The position numbers and the translations under genes were made by a program. The notes beneath the pieces were generated by a model. The model ran no database searches and had not been told where the DNA came from. It was given only the letters and a program-made list of their open reading frames with translations. 64,000 bases of DNA from Planctomycetota bacterium (lineage in GTDB: Bacteria > Planctomycetota > UBA1135 > UBA2386), in contig OZ245006.1 in NCBI GenBank assembly GCA_965223545.1, forward strand, positions 5,888,001 to 5,952,000, given 5' to 3'. Shown here one piece after another: positions 1 through 8,963 of the stretch. Each line of letters opens with the position of its first letter. Positions within the stretch are counted from its first letter, which is position 1.

Positions 1-26
1 CCGAAGGCGATGGGGCCGGGCAGCGG

Positions 27-2570
27 TTGGCGGCGATCGTCGAGCGTGCGCTCGAGCACGAGGAGTGCGGCGAGGACTACCGGCTGCTCGACCTCTGTGG
101 CGGTGATGCCGCGGTGTGCGATGCCGCCCAGCAGGCGTTGCAGCTCGCGCGCCGGGTCGATCGCTTCGCCGGTTGGCGGCAGCCGGGCGATCCGTTCACC
201 GGGGCCGCGCTCGGCGATCGCTACGTCGTCCTCGAACGCATCGGCGCGGGCGCCATGGGCGCGGTGTACCGCGGCCATGACCGCGAGCTCGGGCGCGACG
301 TCGCGATCAAGGTACTCCACCCCCATCTATTCGGCGCTGAAGCGGCCGAGGCGCGCTTCGTCCGCGAGGCGCAGGCGCTCGCCGCCCTCCGCCACCCGAA
401 CGTGGTCTCGGTCCACGACCGCGGCAAGACCGAGAACGGTGCGCACTACCTTGTGCTCGAGCTGCTGTCCGGCTTGTCGTTGGCGGTGATCGTCGACGAG
501 CTGTCGGCCCGCGTGCGGGCCGGCGGCTGGCGCGCGGTCGAGGACACCGATTGGCTGCGCACTCTGTTGGCCGAGGCGGAGCTCGAGCCGAGCTACTTGC
601 GCCAATGCGTGAGCTGGGGCATCGCGCTCGCGTCCGGCTTGGCCGCGGCCCACGAGCAGGGAATCGTCCACCGCGACGTCAAGCCCTCCAACGTGTTCAT
701 CACCGACGACGGCCGCGCGGTGTTGCTGGACTTCGGCATCGCGGCGTGGGCGGACGACGGTTCGCTGACCGCCGGCGACACGACGCTGGGAACGCCCAAG
801 TACATGGCGCCCGAGCAGGTCGGCGCGGGCAGCCGGACGATGCCGGTCGTCGACGTTTACTCGCTGACCGCGACCCTCTACCACTTGGTCTGTGGCCGGG
901 CGCCGTACGACGGCGACACGCCGCGCGTGCTGGCGGCGCTGCAGCGGCAGGATCCGCCCGACCCGGTCAGGCTGCGCCGCGGCTTGCCGGCCGATGTCGC
1001 CGCCGTTCTCGAAGTCGGCATGGCGCGCGATGTGCGGCGGCGGTATGCGGGCATGCAGGCGTTGGAGCGGGATCTGCGCGCCCTGCTGGAGCTGCGGCCC
1101 GTGACCGCGCGCCGGCTCGGAGTGGTCGGCCGCGGCTGGCGGCGCGTGCGGCGGGCGAGAGCACTGCAAGCGGCGGTCGGCGCTGCGTTGTTGGTGATCG
1201 GCGGCGTGGCGACGGTGCAGTGGTGGAGTGCGCGCGCCGCGGCCCGCGCCAGCGAGACCCAGGCCGACGTGCGCGCCTTGCCGCCTTGCGCGACTCTGGG
1301 CGTGCGCCCGCGCTACCACGCCGAGGCCACGTTGGCACTTGCGCGGCGCCTGCTCGATGGCGCGACCGAGCGCTCGCCCGAGCGTCCGGTGCCCTGGATG
1401 CTGCGCGCCGCGTTGCGCTTCGATCACGGCGACCGCGCCGGCGCGGCGCGCGACTACGCGGAGTTCGCCCAGCGCTGGCCGTCGGCGCTGTCGCGCGCCG
1501 TCGCGGCCGCGTTCGCGAGCGGAGGCGGCGGCGGCGAGATGGCGTTCGATGCGGCGGTCGCGTTGCCCGAGCCGCAGGACGCGCTGCAGGACCTGTTGGC
1601 GGCGCACTTGACGATGCGCGCCGCGCAGTGGACGCCGGTCGAGCGACACGCGGAGCTGTACGGCCGCGCCGTCTCCCTGTTGCGCCGGCGGCCCGAGCAC
1701 GCCATCGCTCGGGAGTGGGCGTTCTTGGCGGAGCTGCAGTCCGGTGCGGTCGACCTGGGTCGCATCAGCGCAGACATCGCGCGCCACGAGGGGCGCTTCG
1801 GCGGTTCGACGACCACGTCGTACCTCGCCGGGGTGGTCCGCGCCAAGCTGGCGAACCGCAGCGGTGCGCTCGCCGACCACGCGACTGCGCTGGCGCACTT
1901 CGAGGCGGTGCTGGCGTTGGTGCCGGAGCACTACCAGTCGCTCAACAACAGCGCCGATCGGTTGCTTTGGTTGCACCGGCCGGCGGAGGCAGAAGTGCTG
2001 GCCCGCTGCGCCCTCGCCGCGCGGCCGACCGGCGCCGACGCGCAGATGAACTTGTGCTACGCGCTCACTCGCCTGCGGCGGTTCGACGAAGCCGAAGAGG
2101 TGGTGGCCGCGATGCAGGTCGACACCTGGGAGCGCGCTGTCGTCGCCGGCGACCTCGCGCTGCGCGTCGCGCTGCAGCACCTGGCCGACGGTCACTCGGG
2201 CCCGGCGGCGCTGTCCGCCGCGGCGGAGGCCAGCCAGCGGTTCGAGGTGGCCGCGGACAAGCTGCGCGCGTTGGGCATGTCCCGCCGGGCGGCCGAGGCC
2301 GCCGAGAACGCGCGGCGGGCGCGCGAGCTCGAGAGCGGTCCCGGCTCCGACGAGTACTGCACGGCGCTGGCGGCGGCGCGCTACGGCGCGGCCGAGCTGC
2401 GCGTCATCGGCCGCAACTTGCCGGCACACATGAGCCAGGAGCTCCGCGATCGGTTGCAGGAGCTGCTCGAAGACTACGCCGACCTCGTGGACTACCGCGA
2501 GACGGCTTCCGCGGCGCCCCATCCCCCGGCGCCGGTCCCCGACCCCATTCCATCCCAGTCCAAGGAGTAG
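27..2570 (+). CDS. Membrane Ser/Thr protein kinase (Hanks type) with C-terminal TPR-like region; may start upstream of the window
   Basis: Kinase motifs IGAGAMGAVY, VAIK, HRDVKPSN, DFG, GTPKYMAPEQ, DVYSL; TM segment ALQAAVGAALLVIGGVATVQWW; helical TPR-like tail. The frame is open back to base 3. Confidence 0.93.
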   Translation: MAAIVERALEHEECGEDYRLLDLCGGDAAVCDAAQQALQLARRVDRFAGWRQPGDPFTGAALGDRYVVLERIGAGAMGAVYRGHDRELGRDVAIKVLHPHLFGAEAAEARFVREAQALAALRHPNVVSVHDRGKTENGAHYLVLELLSGLSLAVIVDELSARVRAGGWRAVEDTDWLRTLLAEAELEPSYLRQCVSWGIALASGLAAAHEQGIVHRDVKPSNVFITDDGRAVLLDFGIAAWADDGSLTAGDTTLGTPKYMAPEQVGAGSRTMPVVDVYSLTATLYHLVCGRAPYDGDTPRVLAALQRQDPPDPVRLRRGLPADVAAVLEVGMARDVRRRYAGMQALERDLRALLELRPVTARRLGVVGRGWRRVRRARALQAAVGAALLVIGGVATVQWWSARAAARASETQADVRALPPCATLGVRPRYHAEATLALARRLLDGATERSPERPVPWMLRAALRFDHGDRAGAARDYAEFAQRWPSALSRAVAAAFASGGGGGEMAFDAAVALPEPQDALQDLLAAHLTMRAAQWTPVERHAELYGRAVSLLRRRPEHAIAREWAFLAELQSGAVDLGRISADIARHEGRFGGSTTTSYLAGVVRAKLANRSGALADHATALAHFEAVLALVPEHYQSLNNSADRLLWLHRPAEAEVLARCALAARPTGADAQMNLCYALTRLRRFDEAEEVVAAMQVDTWERAVVAGDLALRVALQHLADGHSGPAALSAAAEASQRFEVAADKLRALGMSRRAAEAAENARRARELESGPGSDEYCTALAAARYGAAELRVIGRNLPAHMSQELRDRLQELLEDYADLVDYRETASAAPHPPAPVPDPIPSQSKE

Positions 2571-2577
2571 CTCCGCC

Positions 2578-4029
2578 ATGATTCTCACCACCGCGCTCGC
2601 CACCGTTGCCACCGCCAGCTTGGCGCCCCAGTCGCAGGACTATGGGTTCCTCATGGGGGCGGCCGAGGTGGTGTTCACCGATCAGGACACGGCGGACGAG
2701 CACCACAACTATGTCGTGGCCGCGCGCTACAAGGCGGCCGGTATCCGCGACCAACTGCCGGGGAACTTCCCACCACCTCCTCCCGGTGGTCCGGACTTGT
2801 CGAGCTCGCCTCCGTGGAGTGAGTTTCCGACAAGCGGCAGCACGGTGACGGTCGTCGCCGACGGCTTCAGCTCCGGGCTTCCCTACATGCCGATCAACGG
2901 GGCCGGTCTGCTCTCCGCCGACCCCAATTCCGACACCAGCTGGGTGGCGATCACGTTCACCGTGTTGCGTGATACGCAGGGTGAAGAGGGTTCTTTCATC
3001 GCCGCGCACAATGACGACAACCTGCTGGCCGCGACCTTGCAGTTCACCACCGCCGAGAGCACGGGCGTCGAAGGTGTGGGGGAAGTGCTCTATGCCAACA
3101 ATGGCCCGGACACGTGCTACCCGGAAGACTCCTACCCGGAAAACTCGAACGTCACCGCGATCGACAACCTGCTGCCGATGATTTGGGAGAACTCGGCGCG
3201 CGGAGCTGCGATGCGCGGGCGCTTCGAGCAGTTCCCGTACGTCGTCTTCTCGTTGGACGAGGACTCCGCGGTTGCCGTCAATCAGGCGCTCGTCCCGAAC
3301 GGGAGCTACACCGGCGCGGACGTGTTCGTCACCGAGTGGCTGGGGGCTGCGTGGAGCACGCCGGTGCTGCTCGTCAGCGGCCAGCAGCTCGAGGTCGCTG
3401 TCGGCAAGGAAGTCACGGGCCTGAGCTATGACGCCAGCCAAGACCTGCTCGTCTACGCCAGCGACGGTACCGACTCGCAGGTCATGGTGGCCTATCTCGG
3501 TCCCAACCCCGGCGACACTCCGTCGGATGTGCGCGAGCTCGAGGTGTTCGCGTCACCGACGTCGACGCAGAAGATCGCCGCGTCGGCGGCGCTCGGCCTG
3601 CAGCCGACCCAGGGAGTCGACAAGATCGGCGGCCTGTGTGTGATCGACCCCCGCACCGATGCGGCGGTGCACCGCTTCATGCCGCTCAACTTCGGCACGA
3701 CGACCGGTCTCGTGCGAGGTAGCGCGCTGCGGGAGGGCAATGGTACCGCGTTGGACACCTGGGTGGTCTCCGGTGTCAGCGACGTCAACGCCACGTGGAC
3801 GATCTTCCGGAGCTACGCGTTCGGCGTGATGCCGCTCAACTCCCCGGCGCCGATCTCGGGCTCGTACACCGTCGTGTCATCCACTTCGGTGTTGGCCAAC
3901 GAGCCGGTGTCGATCAGCTTCCCCGTGTTCACGTCGATGATGCCGGGCATCGTCGACTTCAGCAGCATCTTCTTCCCGGAAGGCGCGGGGGGCGGAGGCG
4001 CGACGTCGTGGCACCGCCTGACGTTCTGA
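2578..4029 (+). CDS. Exported hypothetical protein (483 aa)
   Basis: AAGGAG ahead of the ATG, 7 bp after the kinase stop; signal peptide MILTTALATVATASLAP-Q; acidic, Ser/Thr/Gly-rich; no recognisable family. Confidence 0.8.
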   Translation: MILTTALATVATASLAPQSQDYGFLMGAAEVVFTDQDTADEHHNYVVAARYKAAGIRDQLPGNFPPPPPGGPDLSSSPPWSEFPTSGSTVTVVADGFSSGLPYMPINGAGLLSADPNSDTSWVAITFTVLRDTQGEEGSFIAAHNDDNLLAATLQFTTAESTGVEGVGEVLYANNGPDTCYPEDSYPENSNVTAIDNLLPMIWENSARGAAMRGRFEQFPYVVFSLDEDSAVAVNQALVPNGSYTGADVFVTEWLGAAWSTPVLLVSGQQLEVAVGKEVTGLSYDASQDLLVYASDGTDSQVMVAYLGPNPGDTPSDVRELEVFASPTSTQKIAASAALGLQPTQGVDKIGGLCVIDPRTDAAVHRFMPLNFGTTTGLVRGSALREGNGTALDTWVVSGVSDVNATWTIFRSYAFGVMPLNSPAPISGSYTVVSSTSVLANEPVSISFPVFTSMMPGIVDFSSIFFPEGAGGGGATSWHRLTF

Positions 4030-4078
4030 GCGCGCGGGGCGGTTGACGCCCGGCCCCGCGGTGGAGATCCTGTTGCGC

Positions 4079-5797
4079 ATGCGAGCGGCGGCTCTGCTTG
4101 CGCTCGGGGTCTCCGTCCTGGTGGCGATGTTCCTGCTGTGGGATGGCGCCGACGGCGCGGCACCCACGCCGCGCGCCGTTGCGCCCGTTGCCGCGCCCGA
4201 GGCGCCGGCGGTGTCGCTGCGCGGCGCCGCCGCGGCGTCCGAACCGGCGGTGACCGAGCGGCGGACGGTGCGCGCGGCTCCTGCGCCGGCGCCGCCCGCC
4301 GAACCGGAGCCCGCAGCGTCTGCCCTGATCCGCGGCCGAGTCTTCGATCCCGACGGGCGGCCGGTCGGCGGGGCGCCGGTGGCGGCGATGGCCCTCGTCG
4401 ATGGCGGCCCTGGCCAGCACCCCGGGCACGCGTCGACCGAGACCGCCGCCGACGGCAGCTTTGCCGTCGCGGTGCCTGAAGGAACCGGCCCGCTGGCTCT
4501 GGTGGCGCGGCACGCCGGCACGCGACCGGCGACGCGCATCCTCGCGCGCAACGCGGGCGCGTTGGCGGGATTCCACGAGCTTGCCCTCGAAGCCGGCTTC
4601 GCGCTGGTGGGTCGCGTGGTCGACGGCGGTGCGCCCGTCGCGGGAGCGCACGTGTCGCTCGACCTCGCCTTCGGCACGCCGGGGGTCTTCGGCTTCGGCA
4701 GCGAGGCGTTTTGGCGGGATGGTCGCCTCGAGGAAAAGCACGCGGCGGTGCACACGGACGAGGATGGGCGCTTTCGCCTCGCTGGGCTGGGACCATACGA
4801 GCACGACCTTCACTTGGGGCTCCCGACGCAGAAGCGGCACAGCTTGCTCGATCTGCGCCGCCGGGTCTCGGTGCCGCAACAGGATTGGCGGATCGACGTC
4901 GCCGGTGCCGAGCTCGAGGTCGTGGTGCAGCGCCTCGGCGAGGTGCCCACCGACGCGGTCGTCGTCCTGGCGGCCGACGGGCGCCAGGTGGAGGTGCGCA
5001 CCGAGGGCAAGCCGGTGCGCTGTGCCGTGCCGCCTCTCGCCGAGGTGCGCGTCGAAGTGCGGCAGCCCACATCGAGCACCGCGGTCCGCAGCGTGGCGGC
5101 GGGGCGAGAGGGCGAGCGACAACAGGTCCTGGTCGTCCTGCAGCCAGTCGCACGGCCGAGCCTGCTGGTGCGCTTGCCCGGCGCGACGCGCGCTGGCGTC
5201 GAGGCGGTCGAGGTGCGGTTGTGGCCGAAGGGCGGCGGTGAGGAGGTCACGCTCCCAGCGCCGGCGGGTCCTGGCGCCGACCGGTTCGACGTCGAAGTCG
5301 TGCCGCTCGAACCCGGCGCTTACGAGGTCGCTGTCGGCCCCGCGGGCGAAGGCGCCGGCCACTACGTCTACCCGGTGGTCGGCGAGCTTCGACTGCCGCC
5401 GGCGGGCGTGGTCGAGTTTCGCGGCACGTTGCAGTGGGGCGGCCGGCTGGACGTCTCGATCTCGGCCGCGCGCCAGGAGCAGTGGAGTGCCAGCTGGGTG
5501 CTTCGCGCGCCATCCGGTGACGCGGTTCTGTCGCGCTCGGTGTTCAACGCCGCGATCAGTCCCGGCGGGGGCCGTGGGGTGTTCATGGTGTTCGGCATGG
5601 ACTTCTGGGCGGCCGGCAAGTCGTCCGGCGCGGATGCCGGTCGCCTGGCGGGCCGCGCCGGGATCGTTCCCGCGGGCTCGTACACGCTCGAGGTTTCCGG
5701 CGGGGGGTTCGAGACTTGGAGAGCGCCGGTCACGATCGAGCCGCAGAAGACGGCGCGGGTAGAAGTGCAGCTCGTGGAGGCGAAGAAGGGTGGCTGA
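4079..5797 (+). CDS. Membrane-anchored carboxypeptidase-regulatory-like (beta-sandwich) domain protein
   Basis: N-terminal TM helix, Pro/Ala linker, repeated IRGRVFDPDGRPVGGAPV / LVGRVVDGGAPVAGAHV and TDEDGRFRLAGLGP motifs. Confidence 0.8.
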   Translation: MRAAALLALGVSVLVAMFLLWDGADGAAPTPRAVAPVAAPEAPAVSLRGAAAASEPAVTERRTVRAAPAPAPPAEPEPAASALIRGRVFDPDGRPVGGAPVAAMALVDGGPGQHPGHASTETAADGSFAVAVPEGTGPLALVARHAGTRPATRILARNAGALAGFHELALEAGFALVGRVVDGGAPVAGAHVSLDLAFGTPGVFGFGSEAFWRDGRLEEKHAAVHTDEDGRFRLAGLGPYEHDLHLGLPTQKRHSLLDLRRRVSVPQQDWRIDVAGAELEVVVQRLGEVPTDAVVVLAADGRQVEVRTEGKPVRCAVPPLAEVRVEVRQPTSSTAVRSVAAGREGERQQVLVVLQPVARPSLLVRLPGATRAGVEAVEVRLWPKGGGEEVTLPAPAGPGADRFDVEVVPLEPGAYEVAVGPAGEGAGHYVYPVVGELRLPPAGVVEFRGTLQWGGRLDVSISAARQEQWSASWVLRAPSGDAVLSRSVFNAAISPGGGRGVFMVFGMDFWAAGKSSGADAGRLAGRAGIVPAGSYTLEVSGGGFETWRAPVTIEPQKTARVEVQLVEAKKGG

Positions 5798-5845
5798 GGG
5801 CGCGTGCGGGATTCACGTTCCCGCCCGCTACACTCGCGTTGCGAC

Positions 5846-7921
5846 ATGAACACCCCTCTCGCCGTGTTGCTCTCGGCGTGGGCGCTCGTTGCCCAAGAGA
5901 GCACGCCAGCTCCCGCAACTGCTGCGCACACCGCCGTGACTCGGGTGGCGTTCGGGTCGTGCCAGGACCAAAACCGTCCACAGTCGATGTTGGAGCGCGC
6001 GGCGCGGCTCGACCCGGCTCTGTTCTTGTTCTTGGGTGACAACGTGTATGCCGACACCGGGGACGAGCTCGAGATGCGCGCGGCGTACGCAGCCCTGATG
6101 AGCGGGAGCGGCATGGCAGCGCTTGCGGAGCGCGGCGTGCGCGTGTTGGCGACCTGGGATGATCACGATTACGGCGTCGATGACGGAGGTGCCGCGTTCG
6201 CGGCCCGCGAGCTGAGCCAGCGCGTGTTCTGCGACGCGTGGGGCGAATCGGAATCTGCACCGCGCCGGGCGCGCGCCGGCATCTACGAAGCGGTGATGCT
6301 CGGTGGCCCGGAGCGCCGCGTACAAGTGGTCCTGCTCGATACGCGGTTTCACCGGTCACCGTTGCGACGCGCATCCGAACTGGACTTGCGGCGACGCGCG
6401 GGGCGCGGTCCCTACGTGCCCGATCCCGATCCCGACGCGACGATGCTCGGCGAGCAGCAGTGGCGCTGGCTCGAGGAGCAATTGCGGCTGCCGGCGCGGC
6501 TGCGGCTCGTCTGCTCGAGCATCCAGTTCGTGGCCGGGGGCCATGGCTACGAGTGCTGGGACAACTTGCCGCGCGAAAAGGAGCGCATGCTCGCGCTCAT
6601 CGCGCGGACCCGTGCGAATGGTGTCGTCTTCCTGTCGGGGGACCGCCACCACGCGGAGATCAGCTGCCTTCCCGCGGCCACCGACGGGCGCGGGCCGGCC
6701 TACCCGATCTGGGATGTGACTTCGAGCTCGCTCACGACGCCGCGCGCCTGGGTCGACGAGCCGAATCTCTACCGCCGGACCAGCGTCTACTGGCAGCCGA
6801 ACTTCGGCGTCCTCGACATCGAATGGGATGGTCCGGAGCCGGCAGTGAGCCTGCAGATCCACGGCGAGGACGGACTCTTGTTCGCGGAGCGCGTGCCGCT
6901 GGCTGCGCTCGAGCCGTCGTTGAAGCCGAGACTCGATGGAGAGGAGCGCCTCGAGCGGCTGGCGTTCGTGAGCTGCGTCAAGCAGAGCAAGCCACAACCT
7001 CTGTGGCAGCCGTTGCTCGACCGCGATCCCCAACTGCTCGTCATGCTCGGCGACAACGTCTACGGCGACACCGAGGACATGGCCGAGCTGCAGGCCGCCT
7101 ACGACGAGCTGGCGGCCAATCCGCTCTTCGCCCGGGTCCGCGCGCGCGTGCCCATCGTCGCCACTTGGGACGACCACGACCTCGGCCGCGATGATGCGGG
7201 CATCGACTACCCCCTGGTCGAGGCGTCCAAGGCGAGGTTTCTCGATTTCTTCGGCGTGCCCGCCGACGACGTCCGCCGGCGGCGTCCGGGCGTCTATCGC
7301 AGCTTCTACTACGGGCCGCCTGCCGAGCGCGTGCAGGTGCTCGTGCTCGATACGCGTTCTTTCCGCACGCCGCTGAGCGCCCGCACGACCGAGCGTCCGG
7401 CGGGCCACGCCCACCCCGGCCGCTACGTCCCCTCGTTCGATCCGACCGCGACCATGCTCGGCGATGCGCAATGGCGCTGGCTCGAGCGCGAGCTGCGCGT
7501 GCCGGCCGCCGTGCGAGTGATCTGCTCGTCGATCCAGGTGCTCAGCGAAGGCCACGGCTGGGAGTGTTGGGCCAATCTCCCGCTGGAGCGCGCCCGCCTG
7601 TTCCGCGCCATCCGCGACGCGCGCGCCACCGGCGTGTTGATCGTCAGCGGTGACATGCACATCGGCGAGCACATGGCGGTCGCACCGCACGACACCGGCG
7701 TTCCCTACACGCTGCACGAGTTCACCTCGTCGGGACTCAACCAGGGCTGGGAGTTCACCAACTACCACAACGAGCACCGCGTCGGCACGCCGATGTTCGA
7801 CCCCAATTTCGGCTGGATCGAGATCGATTGGGAGGCACTGGACCCGAGGCTCACGATCCGGGTCGAGCGGGCGGACCGGCGGCAGATCCGTGGCGAGCTG
7901 CGGTTGAGCGAGCTGCGGTGA
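5846..7921 (+). CDS. phoD: Alkaline phosphatase D family protein with two tandem PhoD domains
   Basis: Each half has FxSC, GDNVYxD, TWDDHD, LDTR, MLGxxQWRWLE, GxECW and SGDxH; signal peptide ending ALVA-Q. Confidence 0.9.
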   Translation: MNTPLAVLLSAWALVAQESTPAPATAAHTAVTRVAFGSCQDQNRPQSMLERAARLDPALFLFLGDNVYADTGDELEMRAAYAALMSGSGMAALAERGVRVLATWDDHDYGVDDGGAAFAARELSQRVFCDAWGESESAPRRARAGIYEAVMLGGPERRVQVVLLDTRFHRSPLRRASELDLRRRAGRGPYVPDPDPDATMLGEQQWRWLEEQLRLPARLRLVCSSIQFVAGGHGYECWDNLPREKERMLALIARTRANGVVFLSGDRHHAEISCLPAATDGRGPAYPIWDVTSSSLTTPRAWVDEPNLYRRTSVYWQPNFGVLDIEWDGPEPAVSLQIHGEDGLLFAERVPLAALEPSLKPRLDGEERLERLAFVSCVKQSKPQPLWQPLLDRDPQLLVMLGDNVYGDTEDMAELQAAYDELAANPLFARVRARVPIVATWDDHDLGRDDAGIDYPLVEASKARFLDFFGVPADDVRRRRPGVYRSFYYGPPAERVQVLVLDTRSFRTPLSARTTERPAGHAHPGRYVPSFDPTATMLGDAQWRWLERELRVPAAVRVICSSIQVLSEGHGWECWANLPLERARLFRAIRDARATGVLIVSGDMHIGEHMAVAPHDTGVPYTLHEFTSSGLNQGWEFTNYHNEHRVGTPMFDPNFGWIEIDWEALDPRLTIRVERADRRQIRGELRLSELR

Positions 7922-7991
7922 GGCGCGTTGGTCCATCGCTGATCCTCAATCGCATTCCGCCGCGGCGTGCGGCTAATCTGGCTTTTGACGC

Positions 7992-8963
7992 ATGACCAAT
8001 CACCGGATCGCGATGCCGCCGTCTTCTCGTCGCCTCGGTCATCGGCGCGCAGTCTTGGCTGCGCCGAGATTCTGCACCGTTGTCTTGGGGTTGGTCTTGG
8101 CCGGCGCCGCGCAGGAGCCTGGAGTGCCGGGGGATCCGCGCGTGGCGGAGCTGGAGCGCGCCGCCGAGAACGCACGGGGTGACTCTGTCGCCGCCCTGGA
8201 AGCGACGGCGACCCTCGCCGTCGCGCTGGCTGACGAGGACGTCAGCGTGCGGCGGACGGCGGCGGCTTTGCTCGCCGACAACCCGCACTCCGACATCTAC
8301 CTACCGGCGCTGACGGCTGCACTCGAGCGCGCAATCGCGGATGTCCGGCGGGTCGTTGTCGCCAGGTTGTACGTCTACCGTAGGAAGGGTGGTCGCCTCT
8401 TCGACCTCTGTGGCGAACCGTATCAGGAGACCGGCGAGCTGATCTCTGCCGAGGAGCAGCCGCTCTTTCTGTTCGGCTTGCACTATGCCTCGACTCTGAT
8501 CGACGCACTCGCGCGCTGTCGAGACGACCGCGCGGTTGCTGCGCTGGTGGCTCTGTCCGCCGGGTTCGAGCCAGAAGACACGCCGGCAACGCTCTGGAAC
8601 GAGACTCTGGCGGGGTTGCTTCGCGCGGGTACCCGCTCCGCGTTGGCTGAGGCCGTCGCCGCTTACGGCCGGATCGAGAAGTTCGTTCTGTTGCCGGAGG
8701 AGCGGCGCCCTCTGGTTGCCACTACACAGCAGCTGACCCCACAAGGACTGGTGGCGCGGCGAGCGACGCCCCTCGTGACGGAAGATCGCTCTCGTCTTCA
8801 CGCAGCGCTCGTCGCCGCCTTCGAAAGGGCGGGGGCCAAACGAACGCCGAAGCTGCCGGCCAAGGGCAGGGCGCGCACGAGTCGAGCGTGGAAGTCGGCG
8901 CTGAAGCGCATTGCAAAGGATCTACCGGAGTCGGTCGAGTCCGGGGACGGGAAGCAGTCATGA
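7992..8963 (+). CDS. Exported HEAT-repeat-like hypothetical protein
   Basis: Hydrophobic leader VVLGLVLAGAA-Q; HEAT-like LAVALADEDVSVRRTAAALL and IDALARCRDDRAVAALVAL; stop overlaps the next start (ATGA). Start uncertain. Confidence 0.65.
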   Translation: MTNHRIAMPPSSRRLGHRRAVLAAPRFCTVVLGLVLAGAAQEPGVPGDPRVAELERAAENARGDSVAALEATATLAVALADEDVSVRRTAAALLADNPHSDIYLPALTAALERAIADVRRVVVARLYVYRRKGGRLFDLCGEPYQETGELISAEEQPLFLFGLHYASTLIDALARCRDDRAVAALVALSAGFEPEDTPATLWNETLAGLLRAGTRSALAEAVAAYGRIEKFVLLPEERRPLVATTQQLTPQGLVARRATPLVTEDRSRLHAALVAAFERAGAKRTPKLPAKGRARTSRAWKSALKRIAKDLPESVESGDGKQS

